Translations under genes and position numbers: made by a program
Shown here: positions 9,985 through 17,484 of the stretch, piece after piece
Layout of the letters: every line of letters begins with the position of its first letter
Numbering within the stretch: the first letter of the stretch is position 1
Source: Thermoanaerobaculia bacterium
Lineage (GTDB): Bacteria; Acidobacteriota; Thermoanaerobaculia; UBA5066
DNA length: 64,000 bases
Direction: 5' to 3'
Assembly (NCBI GenBank): GCA_963719225.1
Contig: CAVRAY010000001.1
Coordinates: forward strand, 1,280,001-1,344,000
The notes under the pieces: generated by a model
What the model saw: the letters and a program-made list of their open reading frames with translations, nothing else
Database searches by the model: none
What the model was told of the DNA's origin: nothing

Positions 9985-10428
9985 ATGCAGCACCGCAAGG
10001 ATCCGTTTTTCCTGGGCGCGCTGAGTGCGGCGCTTCTCGTTTCTGCTTTCGGGTGCGCCAAGGAGCCGGGAACGATCGAGAAGAAGTCGGAGTCGACGAC
10101 GCAGACCTCGCGCGGCGAGGTGAAGACGACCAGCGAGTCCACTCAGACCGGCAACACCCTCGAGGCAAAGACGGAGACGAAGACCGACACGGCGGGCCCC
10201 AACATCAAGGGCAAGGTCGAAACGTTCGTGGGGACCGTCACGGAGTACGTACCGGGCAAGAAGATCGAAGTCATGACCGGCGAGAAGAAGAAGCACAGTG
10301 TCGCGCTCGACTCCAAGGACACGACCGTGGCGATCGATACCGCGGTCGCCGTCGGCTCCCGGGTGCGCCTGACGGAGCAGACAGGAGACGACCAGTCGCG
10401 CCGCGTGACGGTCAAGATCGAGGGCTGA
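9985..10428 (+). CDS. Hypothetical lipoprotein, paralog of 15506..15850
   Basis: Signal peptide with lipobox-like AFGC; good RBS; similar to the downstream paralog. Confidence 0.75.
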   Translation: MQHRKDPFFLGALSAALLVSAFGCAKEPGTIEKKSESTTQTSRGEVKTTSESTQTGNTLEAKTETKTDTAGPNIKGKVETFVGTVTEYVPGKKIEVMTGEKKKHSVALDSKDTTVAIDTAVAVGSRVRLTEQTGDDQSRRVTVKIEG

Positions 10429-10475
10429 GAGAATCCTCCGGGGGACAGGGTCGATGATCTCGAACCCGGAGGTTT

Positions 10476-12263
10476 ATGTCGCTTGAGACCACAGGAAGTG
10501 GCGCGCGATGGCGGCCGCACGGGATGGACACCCGGCTCGCGGTCGCCATCGGCGTGACGTTCAGCGCGCTTCTGCTTCTCGTTTCCGTGACCTGGGTGAA
10601 CACGTCCCGGCTCATCCAGGACGCCCGGCTCGTGGACCACACCAAAGACGTGATCGGCGAGCTCGAGGGCGCGTTCTCGGCGATCAAGGACGGCGAGACG
10701 AGCCAGCGGGGCTTCCTCCTGACCGGCTCGGACTCCTATCTCGACCCCTACCGGGCCGCCGTCGCCGATCTTCCCCGGCGGCTCGAGCGGATCGCCTCCC
10801 TCACGGCCGACAGTCCCGCCCAGCGGACGCGCGCCACGATGCTCCGGCACCTCACGGAAGAGCGTCTCTCCGAGATGGGCCGCACGATCGAGATGGCCCA
10901 GGGCGGCCGAGAGGATGAGGCGCGGGCTTTCCTGAAGACGGGGGTCGGCAAGAGGACGATGGATGCGATCCGGCAGCTCGTCGTGGAGATGAAGGCGGAA
11001 GAGCGTGCGCTCCTCTCCATCCGGGACCGGCGCTCGAGCGAGACGGCTCGCACCCTGCTCACCACGCTCGGAATCGGCTGCGCGCTCCTCTTCGGCTTTC
11101 TGGTCCTCATCTGGTATCTCATCCGCGCCGACATCACGCGTCGCAACAGCGCCGAATCAGCGATTCGTGAGCGGGAGGCACGCATCCGCCGGCTCATCGA
11201 CGCAAACCTGATCGGCGTTCTCTTCTCGGACGACGGGCACGTGACGGACGCCAACGGGGCGTTCCTCTCGATCATCGGGATCGACCGCGAGAGCTGGAAA
11301 CCGCACACGCACAGCCTTTTCGACTTCACGGCGCCCGAGTTCAAGGAGCTCGACGAAAACTGCGAAAAGGCCCTCCGCGAGACCGGCACGTGCCCCCCCT
11401 ACCAGAAAGAGCTCGTGCGTTTGGACGGGACGCGCGTCCCCGTGCTCTTCGGCGCGACGAACGTGGACCTGGGCGGATCGGGACCGGTCCGTGCGTCGTT
11501 CGTCGTCGATCTCTCGGAGCTCAAGAGGCTCGAGACCGAGCGCAATCGCCTGTACGAGGAAGCTCGTGACGCCGTGAAGGCGCGCGACGCTTTCCTCTCG
11601 GTCGCCGGCCACGAGATCCGGACACCCCTGTCGGCCCTGAACCTGATCGTCTACCAGCTCGCGCGGCAGGTCCGGGCGCTCGGAAACGAAAAGGCGATCG
11701 ACCTCGCGGCGCGGAGCGAAAAACAGGTCGCGCGTCTCATCCGGCTCGCCGACGAGCTGCTCGACGTGTCGCGCATCTCGGCGGGCTCCCTGCACCTCGA
11801 TCCCGAAGAAATGGATCTCTCCCTCCTCGCCCGCGAAGCGGGGGAGAGGCTCGAGGAAAGCGCGCGGCGCGCCGGCTGCGGCCTCACGGTCGAGGCGCCC
11901 GCGGGCGTGACCGGGTTCTGGGATCGCCTCCGGCTGGAGCAGGTCGTCTCGAACCTGCTCACGAACGCCTTGAAGTTCGGGGCCGGCGAGCCCGTGGAAG
12001 TGCGTGTCTCGTCCGTCGGAGACGAGGCGATTCTCCTGGTATGCGACCACGGCATCGGGATCCACGATTCCGACAAGCCGCGGATCTTCGGAAGGTTCGA
12101 GCGAGCCGTCTCACGAGAAACCTACCCCGGCATGGGGCTCGGACTCTGGATCACGCGCGAGATCGTCGAGGCGCACGGGGGAAGGATCGGCGTCGAAAGC
12201 CGTCCCGGCGCCGGAGCCACGTTTCGGGTCACGTTGCCGAGACGAACGGGAGAATTGAAATGA
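10476..12263 (+). CDS. Sensor histidine kinase (CHASE3-PAS-HisKA-HATPase)
   Basis: ETSQRGFLLTG (CHASE3), AGHEIRTPL H-box, NLLTNALKF N-box, DHGIGI, GMGLGL. Confidence 0.92.
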   Translation: MSLETTGSGARWRPHGMDTRLAVAIGVTFSALLLLVSVTWVNTSRLIQDARLVDHTKDVIGELEGAFSAIKDGETSQRGFLLTGSDSYLDPYRAAVADLPRRLERIASLTADSPAQRTRATMLRHLTEERLSEMGRTIEMAQGGREDEARAFLKTGVGKRTMDAIRQLVVEMKAEERALLSIRDRRSSETARTLLTTLGIGCALLFGFLVLIWYLIRADITRRNSAESAIREREARIRRLIDANLIGVLFSDDGHVTDANGAFLSIIGIDRESWKPHTHSLFDFTAPEFKELDENCEKALRETGTCPPYQKELVRLDGTRVPVLFGATNVDLGGSGPVRASFVVDLSELKRLETERNRLYEEARDAVKARDAFLSVAGHEIRTPLSALNLIVYQLARQVRALGNEKAIDLAARSEKQVARLIRLADELLDVSRISAGSLHLDPEEMDLSLLAREAGERLEESARRAGCGLTVEAPAGVTGFWDRLRLEQVVSNLLTNALKFGAGEPVEVRVSSVGDEAILLVCDHGIGIHDSDKPRIFGRFERAVSRETYPGMGLGLWITREIVEAHGGRIGVESRPGAGATFRVTLPRRTGELK

Positions 12264-12313
12264 AGATCCTGACCGTGCAGGACGACGACGCGATCGCGCA
12301 AGCCTCGCGCTGA
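12260..12313 (+). pseudogene. 17-codon remnant of a response regulator (MKILTVQDDDAIAQASR*)
   Basis: ATGA overlap with the kinase stop; resembles the first beta strand and acidic pocket of a REC domain, then stops. Confidence 0.5.
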
Positions 12314-12322
12314 AAGAGCGAG

Positions 12323-12353
12323 AACGCCCCGGCCCCGCGGGCTAAGGGGCGTT
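12323..12353. terminator. Hairpin between convergent genes, possible bidirectional terminator
   Basis: AACGCCCC...GGGGCGTT arms with an inner GCCC/GGGC; no long U tract. Confidence 0.4.
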
Positions 12354-12366
12354 GCGCAGAACCGGG

Positions 12367-12516
12367 TCAGACGACGCGTCGGCCCCCGATGACCTGGATC
12401 AGGACGACGACGATCGCGATGACGAGCAGGACGTGGATGAAACCGCCCATGGTGTACGACGTGACCATCCCGAGGAGCCATAGCACGAGAAGAATGACGA
12501 AAATGGTCCAGAGCAT
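12367..12516 (-). CDS. lmo0937-family (DUF5670) small membrane protein, copy 1
   Basis: MLWTIFVILLVLWLLGMVTSYTMGGFIHVLLVIAIVVVLIQVIGGRRVV with GGAGG RBS. Confidence 0.88.
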   Translation of the reverse strand: MLWTIFVILLVLWLLGMVTSYTMGGFIHVLLVIAIVVVLIQVIGGRRVV

Positions 12517-12543
12517 GTAGGTTCCCTCCCGTCTGATGGATTG

Positions 12544-12559
12544 AGCAACTGCCGTGCCG
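12544..12559 (-). promoter_or_regulatory. sigma54 promoter
   Basis: CGGCACG-GCAG-TTGCT, identical to 14789..14804. Confidence 0.8.
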
Positions 12560-12620
12560 TGCAAAGACGTGCAAGGAATGGATCGTGCGGTGAGGCGGGG
12601 CGTGAGGGCACCGGCGTGCG

Positions 12621-12920
12621 CTGCGCGCCCTGTTGCCCCGGCGTTCGAAAGCCCGAATACGGCTGAGCGAAAGCGTGACCGGTTCCGGACGGGAGTTCTT
12701 CAAAGCCGCCTGCACGAGGGGCCTCGAGGGCATCGTCTCGAAACGCCGCGACGCGCGGTACCGCTCCGGCCGGGGCGACGCGTGGCTGAAGGCGAAGTGC
12801 CATCGGGAGCAGGAGTTCGTAATCGGGGGATTCACGGAGCCCGAGGGCTCGCGTCCCTTTCTCGGCGCTCTCCTCCTCGGCGTCTACGGCACGAGCGGAA
12901 AACTCGAGCGAGAAGGAGCG
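12621..12920 (+). pseudogene. ligD: Fragment of ATP-dependent DNA ligase (LigD ligase domain)
   Basis: GLEGIVSKRRDARYRSGRGDAWLKAKC...QEFVIGGFTEPEGSRPFLGALLLGVY; lacks the N-terminal adenylation motif and degenerates after about 12910; ends approximate. Confidence 0.75.
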
Positions 12921-12945
12921 CGCGTGAGGGCGCGCGGCCCGGGCG

Positions 12946-13947
12946 TCAGGGCTCCTTCGAGGGCGCTTCGAGGAGGCCGAGCAGGCTCTTTTCCGCCACG
13001 TCGAGCCCCGTCCGCGACGCGAGGGCGTCCACGGATTCGACCGGACGCTCCACGGTGATTCCCTTCTCGAAGTTCTCCAGGATGCGCGGGGCGATGTACG
13101 ACGCGCGGGTGACGGCCGGAGTGTTGTGAAGCGCTTCGGAGGTCTCGCGGACCGCCTCGGCCACGACGCGCTTCGTGGGCGCCTCCCCTCGGGCCGCTGC
13201 CCGCGCGAGCGCGCCCGCGCACAGGAGGCTCCCGGCCCAGGTCCGGAAATCCTTGGCTGAGAATTCACCGTCAATCCGGTCGTGGATGTAGGCGTTGAGA
13301 GCTTCGGGCTTCACGGCCACGAGGGTTCCGTCCTCGTTTTCGTGGCGGAACAGAGGATTGCCTTCCCGTGAGAGCAGCTCCGTGAGGACGCGCACCGCCG
13401 CCCGGTCCCGGATGACCATGCGATGCTCCTTCCCGCTTTTTCCCGTGAATTCGAAAACCACGCCTCCCCGTTCGCGGCGCACGTGCCGCCGGCGGAGCGT
13501 CGTCAGTCCATAGCTGCGGTTCTCCCGCTCGTAAGCCGCGCTTCCCGGACGGACGAAGTGGCACATGAGGATGCGGGCCATGCACGCGAGCACGCGCTCC
13601 TGCGACAGTCCCTTCGACGCGAGATCGGCTGCGACGGCCCTTCTGAGCCTGGGAAGCGACTGGATGAAGCGCCCGAGGCGCGCGAATTTTCGACGATCGG
13701 TCCGCCGGACCCATTGCTCGTGGTAGATGTACTGCCAGCGTCCGGCCCGGTCCCGGCCCACGGCCTGCAGCTTGGAAGCTGCCGAGAGCGAGACGTGGAC
13801 GTTCGTCCAGGCGGGAGGGATCCGCAGCGCGGCAATGCGCTTCAGGACCGAAGGAGGCGCCGGAAAGGAACGGGCGTCGGACCATTCCACCTTCGAACCG
13901 GACGAGCGGCGGAAGCCGGTGCGCTCGAGGCGCTCGATCGAAGTCAT
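12946..13947 (-). CDS. DNA topoisomerase IB (bacterial, poxvirus-like)
   Basis: IPPAWTNV, GRDRAGRWQYIYH, SYGLTTL, FTGKSGKEH, FSAKDFRTW, LHNTPAVTRASYI with catalytic Tyr. Confidence 0.92.
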   Translation of the reverse strand: MTSIERLERTGFRRSSGSKVEWSDARSFPAPPSVLKRIAALRIPPAWTNVHVSLSAASKLQAVGRDRAGRWQYIYHEQWVRRTDRRKFARLGRFIQSLPRLRRAVAADLASKGLSQERVLACMARILMCHFVRPGSAAYERENRSYGLTTLRRRHVRRERGGVVFEFTGKSGKEHRMVIRDRAAVRVLTELLSREGNPLFRHENEDGTLVAVKPEALNAYIHDRIDGEFSAKDFRTWAGSLLCAGALARAAARGEAPTKRVVAEAVRETSEALHNTPAVTRASYIAPRILENFEKGITVERPVESVDALASRTGLDVAEKSLLGLLEAPSKEP

Positions 13948-13959
13948 CGTCCCGTCTTC

Positions 13960-13975
13960 CGCAAGGTCCGAGCCA
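13960..13975 (-). promoter_or_regulatory. sigma54 promoter of topoisomerase IB (near-leaderless)
   Basis: TGGCTCG-GACC-TTGCG; predicted +1 about 2 nt before ATG 13947; no SD. Confidence 0.7.
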
Positions 13976-13990
13976 GGCGGGAAGGAATGC

Positions 13991-14614
13991 TCATCGAGAC
14001 TTCCGGTCGAGGCGGGCCGGCCGCGACCCCGTGCGAGGCGCGCCGCCGAGACCTCGGTATTCCAGCTCGACGCCGCTCCGGGCGTGACGCAGCAGGAGCC
14101 CGCCGCGGCTCATGTCGCCGCGTCCGACGAAGGCGGCCGGAAACCGCAGGCCCTCCCCGAACACCTCCGAGAGGACGACGGCATATTTTTCGGTGGCGAT
14201 GCTTGCGAGCAGAACAACCTCGAGATCCGGGGCCTGCGCGCGCAACGCGGCGGCGTCGCGACGGAAGGGCCCGGTGAAGGCCGGATTCGCCGGGTCGATG
14301 CCGTCGCCGCCGAAGGAAAGCACGCGATCGACGCCCATCGGATGCGTCGGCGGCCTGAGTCCCTCGTTGGGCGTGACGACGAGGACGCCGGGAACGCTTT
14401 CAGGCGGCCGTGCGAACGTGCGCGCGTAGGCGAGCTTGCCCCGGAAGTAGAGGCCGCTCAGGAAGGAAAATACGTCTCCGAGCGGGGCTTCACCGCTGCG
14501 AACGGCCTCGGCGAGCGGGAAGCGCGCACGGGGCGAAAGCAGCAGCGACGCGCGCTTCCCCCGGCATGACGCCGGCGAAAGGACGAAGATTCGGTGAGCT
14601 GTCGCGCTGCTCAG
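13991..14614 (-). CDS. Conserved hypothetical protein; start uncertain (CTG overlapping the upstream TGA)
   Basis: Protein-like stretch RIFVLSPA...FSFLSGLYFRGKLAYA...FVGRGDMSRGGLLLR; no ATG or GTG near the apparent N-terminus. Confidence 0.65.
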   Translation of the reverse strand: MSSATAHRIFVLSPASCRGKRASLLLSPRARFPLAEAVRSGEAPLGDVFSFLSGLYFRGKLAYARTFARPPESVPGVLVVTPNEGLRPPTHPMGVDRVLSFGGDGIDPANPAFTGPFRRDAAALRAQAPDLEVVLLASIATEKYAVVLSEVFGEGLRFPAAFVGRGDMSRGGLLLRHARSGVELEYRGLGGAPRTGSRPARLDRKSR

Positions 14615-14763
14615 ACGACGGGACGCCTGCCTTGAATGACGCGGATCAGGACGACGACGATGGCGATGACGAGAAGGACGTGGATGAAACCGCCCATCGT
14701 GTACGAGGTCACCATCCCGAGAAGCCACAGCACAAGGAGAATGACAAAAATGGTCCAGAGCAT
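14611..14763 (-). CDS. lmo0937-family (DUF5670) small membrane protein, copy 2
   Basis: First 40 aa identical to copy 1; AGGAGG RBS. Confidence 0.88.
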   Translation of the reverse strand: MLWTIFVILLVLWLLGMVTSYTMGGFIHVLLVIAIVVVLIRVIQGRRPVV

Positions 14764-14788
14764 GTTGCTTCCTCCTATTCCCGAACAG

Positions 14789-14804
14789 AGCAACTGCCGT
14801 GCCG
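14789..14804 (-). promoter_or_regulatory. sigma54 promoter
   Basis: CGGCACG-GCAG-TTGCT. Confidence 0.8.
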
Positions 14805-14808
14805 CGCA

Positions 14809-14824
14809 TGGAACGGATCGTGCT
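14809..14824 (+). promoter_or_regulatory. sigma54 promoter of sod, back to back with 14789..14804
   Basis: TGGAACG-GATC-GTGCT, then GGAGGA RBS and ATG 14847. Confidence 0.65.
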
Positions 14825-14846
14825 GTCAATCGGGGAGGAGGACGGC

Positions 14847-15464
14847 ATGGCTCTCTATTCGGCACAGGATTTCACGAGGCTCCTTGGAACGCCGGGGTTC
14901 AGCGACGCACTGCTGACGCAGCATTTCGAGCTCTATCGCGGCTATGTGAAGAACGCGAATGCCCTTCACGACGAGCTCGAGGCCGCGTCACCCGGCAAGT
15001 CGCCTGCTCCGTACTGGTCGGAGCTCAAGCGCCGCTTCGGCTGGGAGTGGAATGGAATGCGGCTTCACGAGATGTATTTTGGAAATCTGACAAAGAACCG
15101 GCCGGCGCTGGAAAAGGGTGCCGGTCTCGGGGCGCAGATCAACCGCGACTTCGGCTCGCACGAGGCGTGGGAGAAGGAATTCCGCGCGACCGGTAGCCTC
15201 CGGGGAATCGGATGGGCCGCGCTCGTGTGGGACGCCCAGGTGCGCCGGCTCTTCAACGTCTGGATCGACGAGCACGACCGCGGCCAGCTCGCCGGGTGCC
15301 CGGTGCTTCTTCTCATGGACGTCTTCGAGCACGCGTTCATGACCGACTACGGCACGAAGCGAGCGGATTACATCGAAGCGTTCCTCGCGGCCGCGGATTG
15401 GGACCTCGCGTCCCACCGCTTCGAGCTCGCGAACGCGCAGGTTCACGTCTCGGCGCACGCGTGA
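14847..15464 (+). CDS. sod: Fe/Mn superoxide dismutase
   Basis: HFELYRGYV, NGMRLHEMYF, GIGWAAL, LLMDVFEHAF metal-ligand motifs. Confidence 0.9.
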   Translation: MALYSAQDFTRLLGTPGFSDALLTQHFELYRGYVKNANALHDELEAASPGKSPAPYWSELKRRFGWEWNGMRLHEMYFGNLTKNRPALEKGAGLGAQINRDFGSHEAWEKEFRATGSLRGIGWAALVWDAQVRRLFNVWIDEHDRGQLAGCPVLLLMDVFEHAFMTDYGTKRADYIEAFLAAADWDLASHRFELANAQVHVSAHA

Positions 15465-15466
15465 GC

Positions 15467-15482
15467 TGGCACGCGGGGTGCA
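15467..15482 (+). promoter_or_regulatory. sigma54 promoter
   Basis: TGGCACG-CGGG-GTGCA directly after the sod stop codon. Confidence 0.65.
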
Positions 15483-15505
15483 GCTCAGGATTCGGGAGGT
15501 GTTGT

Positions 15506-15850
15506 ATGAATCGCAAGTTTTTCTCTTCCGCCCTATCCGTCCTTCTCCTCGGAGGAACGGCCGCCTTCGCGGACGACAAGCCGATGGAGAAGAAAGACGA
15601 AACGAAGGTCACGACGACGGAAGGCACGATGAAATCGAAGGATCACATCGTCGTCGGAGTCGTGAAGGAGTATCGGGCCGGCGAAAAGCTCAAGGTTCTC
15701 GTCGGAAAGAAGACGCATTCGTTCGACCTCGACGAGAAGAAGGTGAGCACCACCGTCGATCCGGCGGTCGCGGTCGGCACCAAGGTGAAGGTCATCGAAT
15801 CGAAGGACGCGAACGGGAACAAGACGCTCACCGTGAACCCCACGAGCTGA
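15506..15850 (+). CDS. Hypothetical secreted protein, paralog of 9985..10428
   Basis: Sec signal MNRKFFSSALSVLLLGGTAAFA; GGAGGT RBS. Confidence 0.78.
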   Translation: MNRKFFSSALSVLLLGGTAAFADDKPMEKKDETKVTTTEGTMKSKDHIVVGVVKEYRAGEKLKVLVGKKTHSFDLDEKKVSTTVDPAVAVGTKVKVIESKDANGNKTLTVNPTS

Positions 15851-15877
15851 GAGCCCCTTTCTCGTCGCACCTTCGAC

Positions 15878-15907
15878 GGGGACGTCCTCACGGACGTCCC
15901 CTTTTTT
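15878..15907 (+). terminator. Rho-independent terminator
   Basis: GGGGACGTCC-TCAC-GGACGTCCCC followed by T6. Confidence 0.85.
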
Positions 15908-15940
15908 CCTTGTTCGTCGTGTAACCCGTTGATGATTCCC

Positions 15941-15956
15941 TGGCACATCAGTTGCT
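15941..15956 (+). promoter_or_regulatory. sigma54 promoter
   Basis: TGGCACA-TCAG-TTGCT, near consensus. Confidence 0.82.
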
Positions 15957-15978
15957 CCTTTCCGTGGGGAGGGCCGCC

Positions 15979-16578
15979 ATGAATCACGCCGCGAAGCGAG
16001 CCGAAGGCCTCAAGAAACCAGCGCCGGAGGGCGTTTTCCTCAGCGACGTCGTCGAGCTGCGCCGGCGCGCGCGGCGCGAGATCGAGGAAGGGGCGGTTAC
16101 GCCCGGATATCGCGCGGACCTCGAGAGTGTCGTGAAGATCCTCAACATCGCGCTGGCGACGGAGATCGTCTGCGTGCTGCGCTACAAGAGGCATTACTTC
16201 ATGGCCGACGGCATCCACGCCGACCCGGTGAAGACCGAGTTCCTCGAACATGCAACGGAAGAGCAGGCGCACGCGGACAAGATCGCGGAACGCATCCGGC
16301 AGCTGGGGGGAGAGCCGGACCTCGATCCGGCCAGTCTGCTGTCGAAGAGTCACACCGAGTATCAGGAAGGAACGTCTCTCCTCGAGATGATCCGGGAGGA
16401 TCTCGTGGCGGAGCGCATCGCCATCGAGTCCTACAAGGAGATGATCGCGTTCGTCGGCGAGAACGATCCCACGACGCGCCGGCTGTTCGAGTGGATCCTC
16501 GGCCAGGAAGAGGAGCACGCGGACGACATGGCGCATCTCCTCGTCTCCTTCGACGGAGAGAAAAAAGGGGGCACCTAG
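15979..16578 (+). CDS. Ferritin-like / bacterioferritin-family protein
   Basis: ATEIVCVLRY, EEQAHAD, EDLVAERIAI and EEEHADD di-iron motifs. Confidence 0.88.
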   Translation: MNHAAKRAEGLKKPAPEGVFLSDVVELRRRARREIEEGAVTPGYRADLESVVKILNIALATEIVCVLRYKRHYFMADGIHADPVKTEFLEHATEEQAHADKIAERIRQLGGEPDLDPASLLSKSHTEYQEGTSLLEMIREDLVAERIAIESYKEMIAFVGENDPTTRRLFEWILGQEEEHADDMAHLLVSFDGEKKGGT

Positions 16579-17447
16579 GCCACCCGTCTCTTCCGCGGGG
16601 CCTTTCCCCCGCGGCGGGCGACGCTCGCACGCAACGCGTCCATCAGGTCGATCACACGGCCCTCTTCCTCCGGCTCCCCGGCGGCGGCGGCCGGAGCGGA
16701 GACGGAGGCTCCCTTCCTGGCGAGCAGCTTCTTCAGCGCCGTTCGATAGCGGTCGGGGTATTTCGCCGGATCGAGCGCCTCCTCCGACATCTGGTCGATG
16801 AGGAGGCGCGCCATCTTGATTTCACCGGTGCCCGCGGACAGGGATCCGGCGGCCGGCGGCGAAGCCACCTCCTCGAACGGCCGGAGCAGAATCGCGGCCA
16901 GGCCGTGCGGGATCGCGACGACGGCGGCCAGATGCTCGCGGGTCCTCAGCCTCAAGCGCCCCAGGCCGACGCGGTCCGAAGCCGCCAGGGCGTTGCGGAA
17001 GACCGCGAAGGACCGTGCTCCTCCTTCGTCCGGGATGACGTAGTAAGGCTGGTCATAGGTCAGCGGGTCGATGCGTCCCGCGCCCACGAACGAGAGGATC
17101 TCGAGCGCGTGGGCCTCGGTGCCGGCTCCCGCGTCCTTGCGCGCAGACGCGAGCTCTTCCTTTTCCACGACCGCCCATTTTCCCTTCGACACCTCGTATC
17201 CCTTCACCACGTCGTCGTCCGCGACTTCCACGTCCTCTCTGCTGCAGAACTTCCGGTATCGGATCGGGGCGAGGTCCTTTCGATGAAGAAGGTGGAAGCC
17301 CACGTGCTCGCGGGCGTCTACGGCGGGCACGAGCTCGACGGGAATCCCGACGAGCCCGAACGAAATCCTTCCCTTCCAGACCGCACGCCTAGCCGTGCGC
17401 GGAGAGTTCTTTACGTGAGCTTTCTTCTTCGTGGAGCTCTCGCGCAT
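16575..17447 (-). CDS. ku: Ku protein (NHEJ)
   Basis: RAVWKGRISFGLVGIPV, VVKGYEV, YPDRYR, VIDLMDALRASV; GAGGAGGT RBS before ATG 17447. Confidence 0.92.
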   Translation of the reverse strand: MRESSTKKKAHVKNSPRTARRAVWKGRISFGLVGIPVELVPAVDAREHVGFHLLHRKDLAPIRYRKFCSREDVEVADDDVVKGYEVSKGKWAVVEKEELASARKDAGAGTEAHALEILSFVGAGRIDPLTYDQPYYVIPDEGGARSFAVFRNALAASDRVGLGRLRLRTREHLAAVVAIPHGLAAILLRPFEEVASPPAAGSLSAGTGEIKMARLLIDQMSEEALDPAKYPDRYRTALKKLLARKGASVSAPAAAAGEPEEEGRVIDLMDALRASVARRGGKAPRKRRVA

Positions 17448-17468
17448 CGAAACCTCCTCCCGCGAGCT

Positions 17469-17484
17469 CGCAATGAACGTGCCG
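17469..17484 (-). promoter_or_regulatory. sigma54 promoter of ku
   Basis: CGGCACG-TTCA-TTGCG. Confidence 0.8.
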
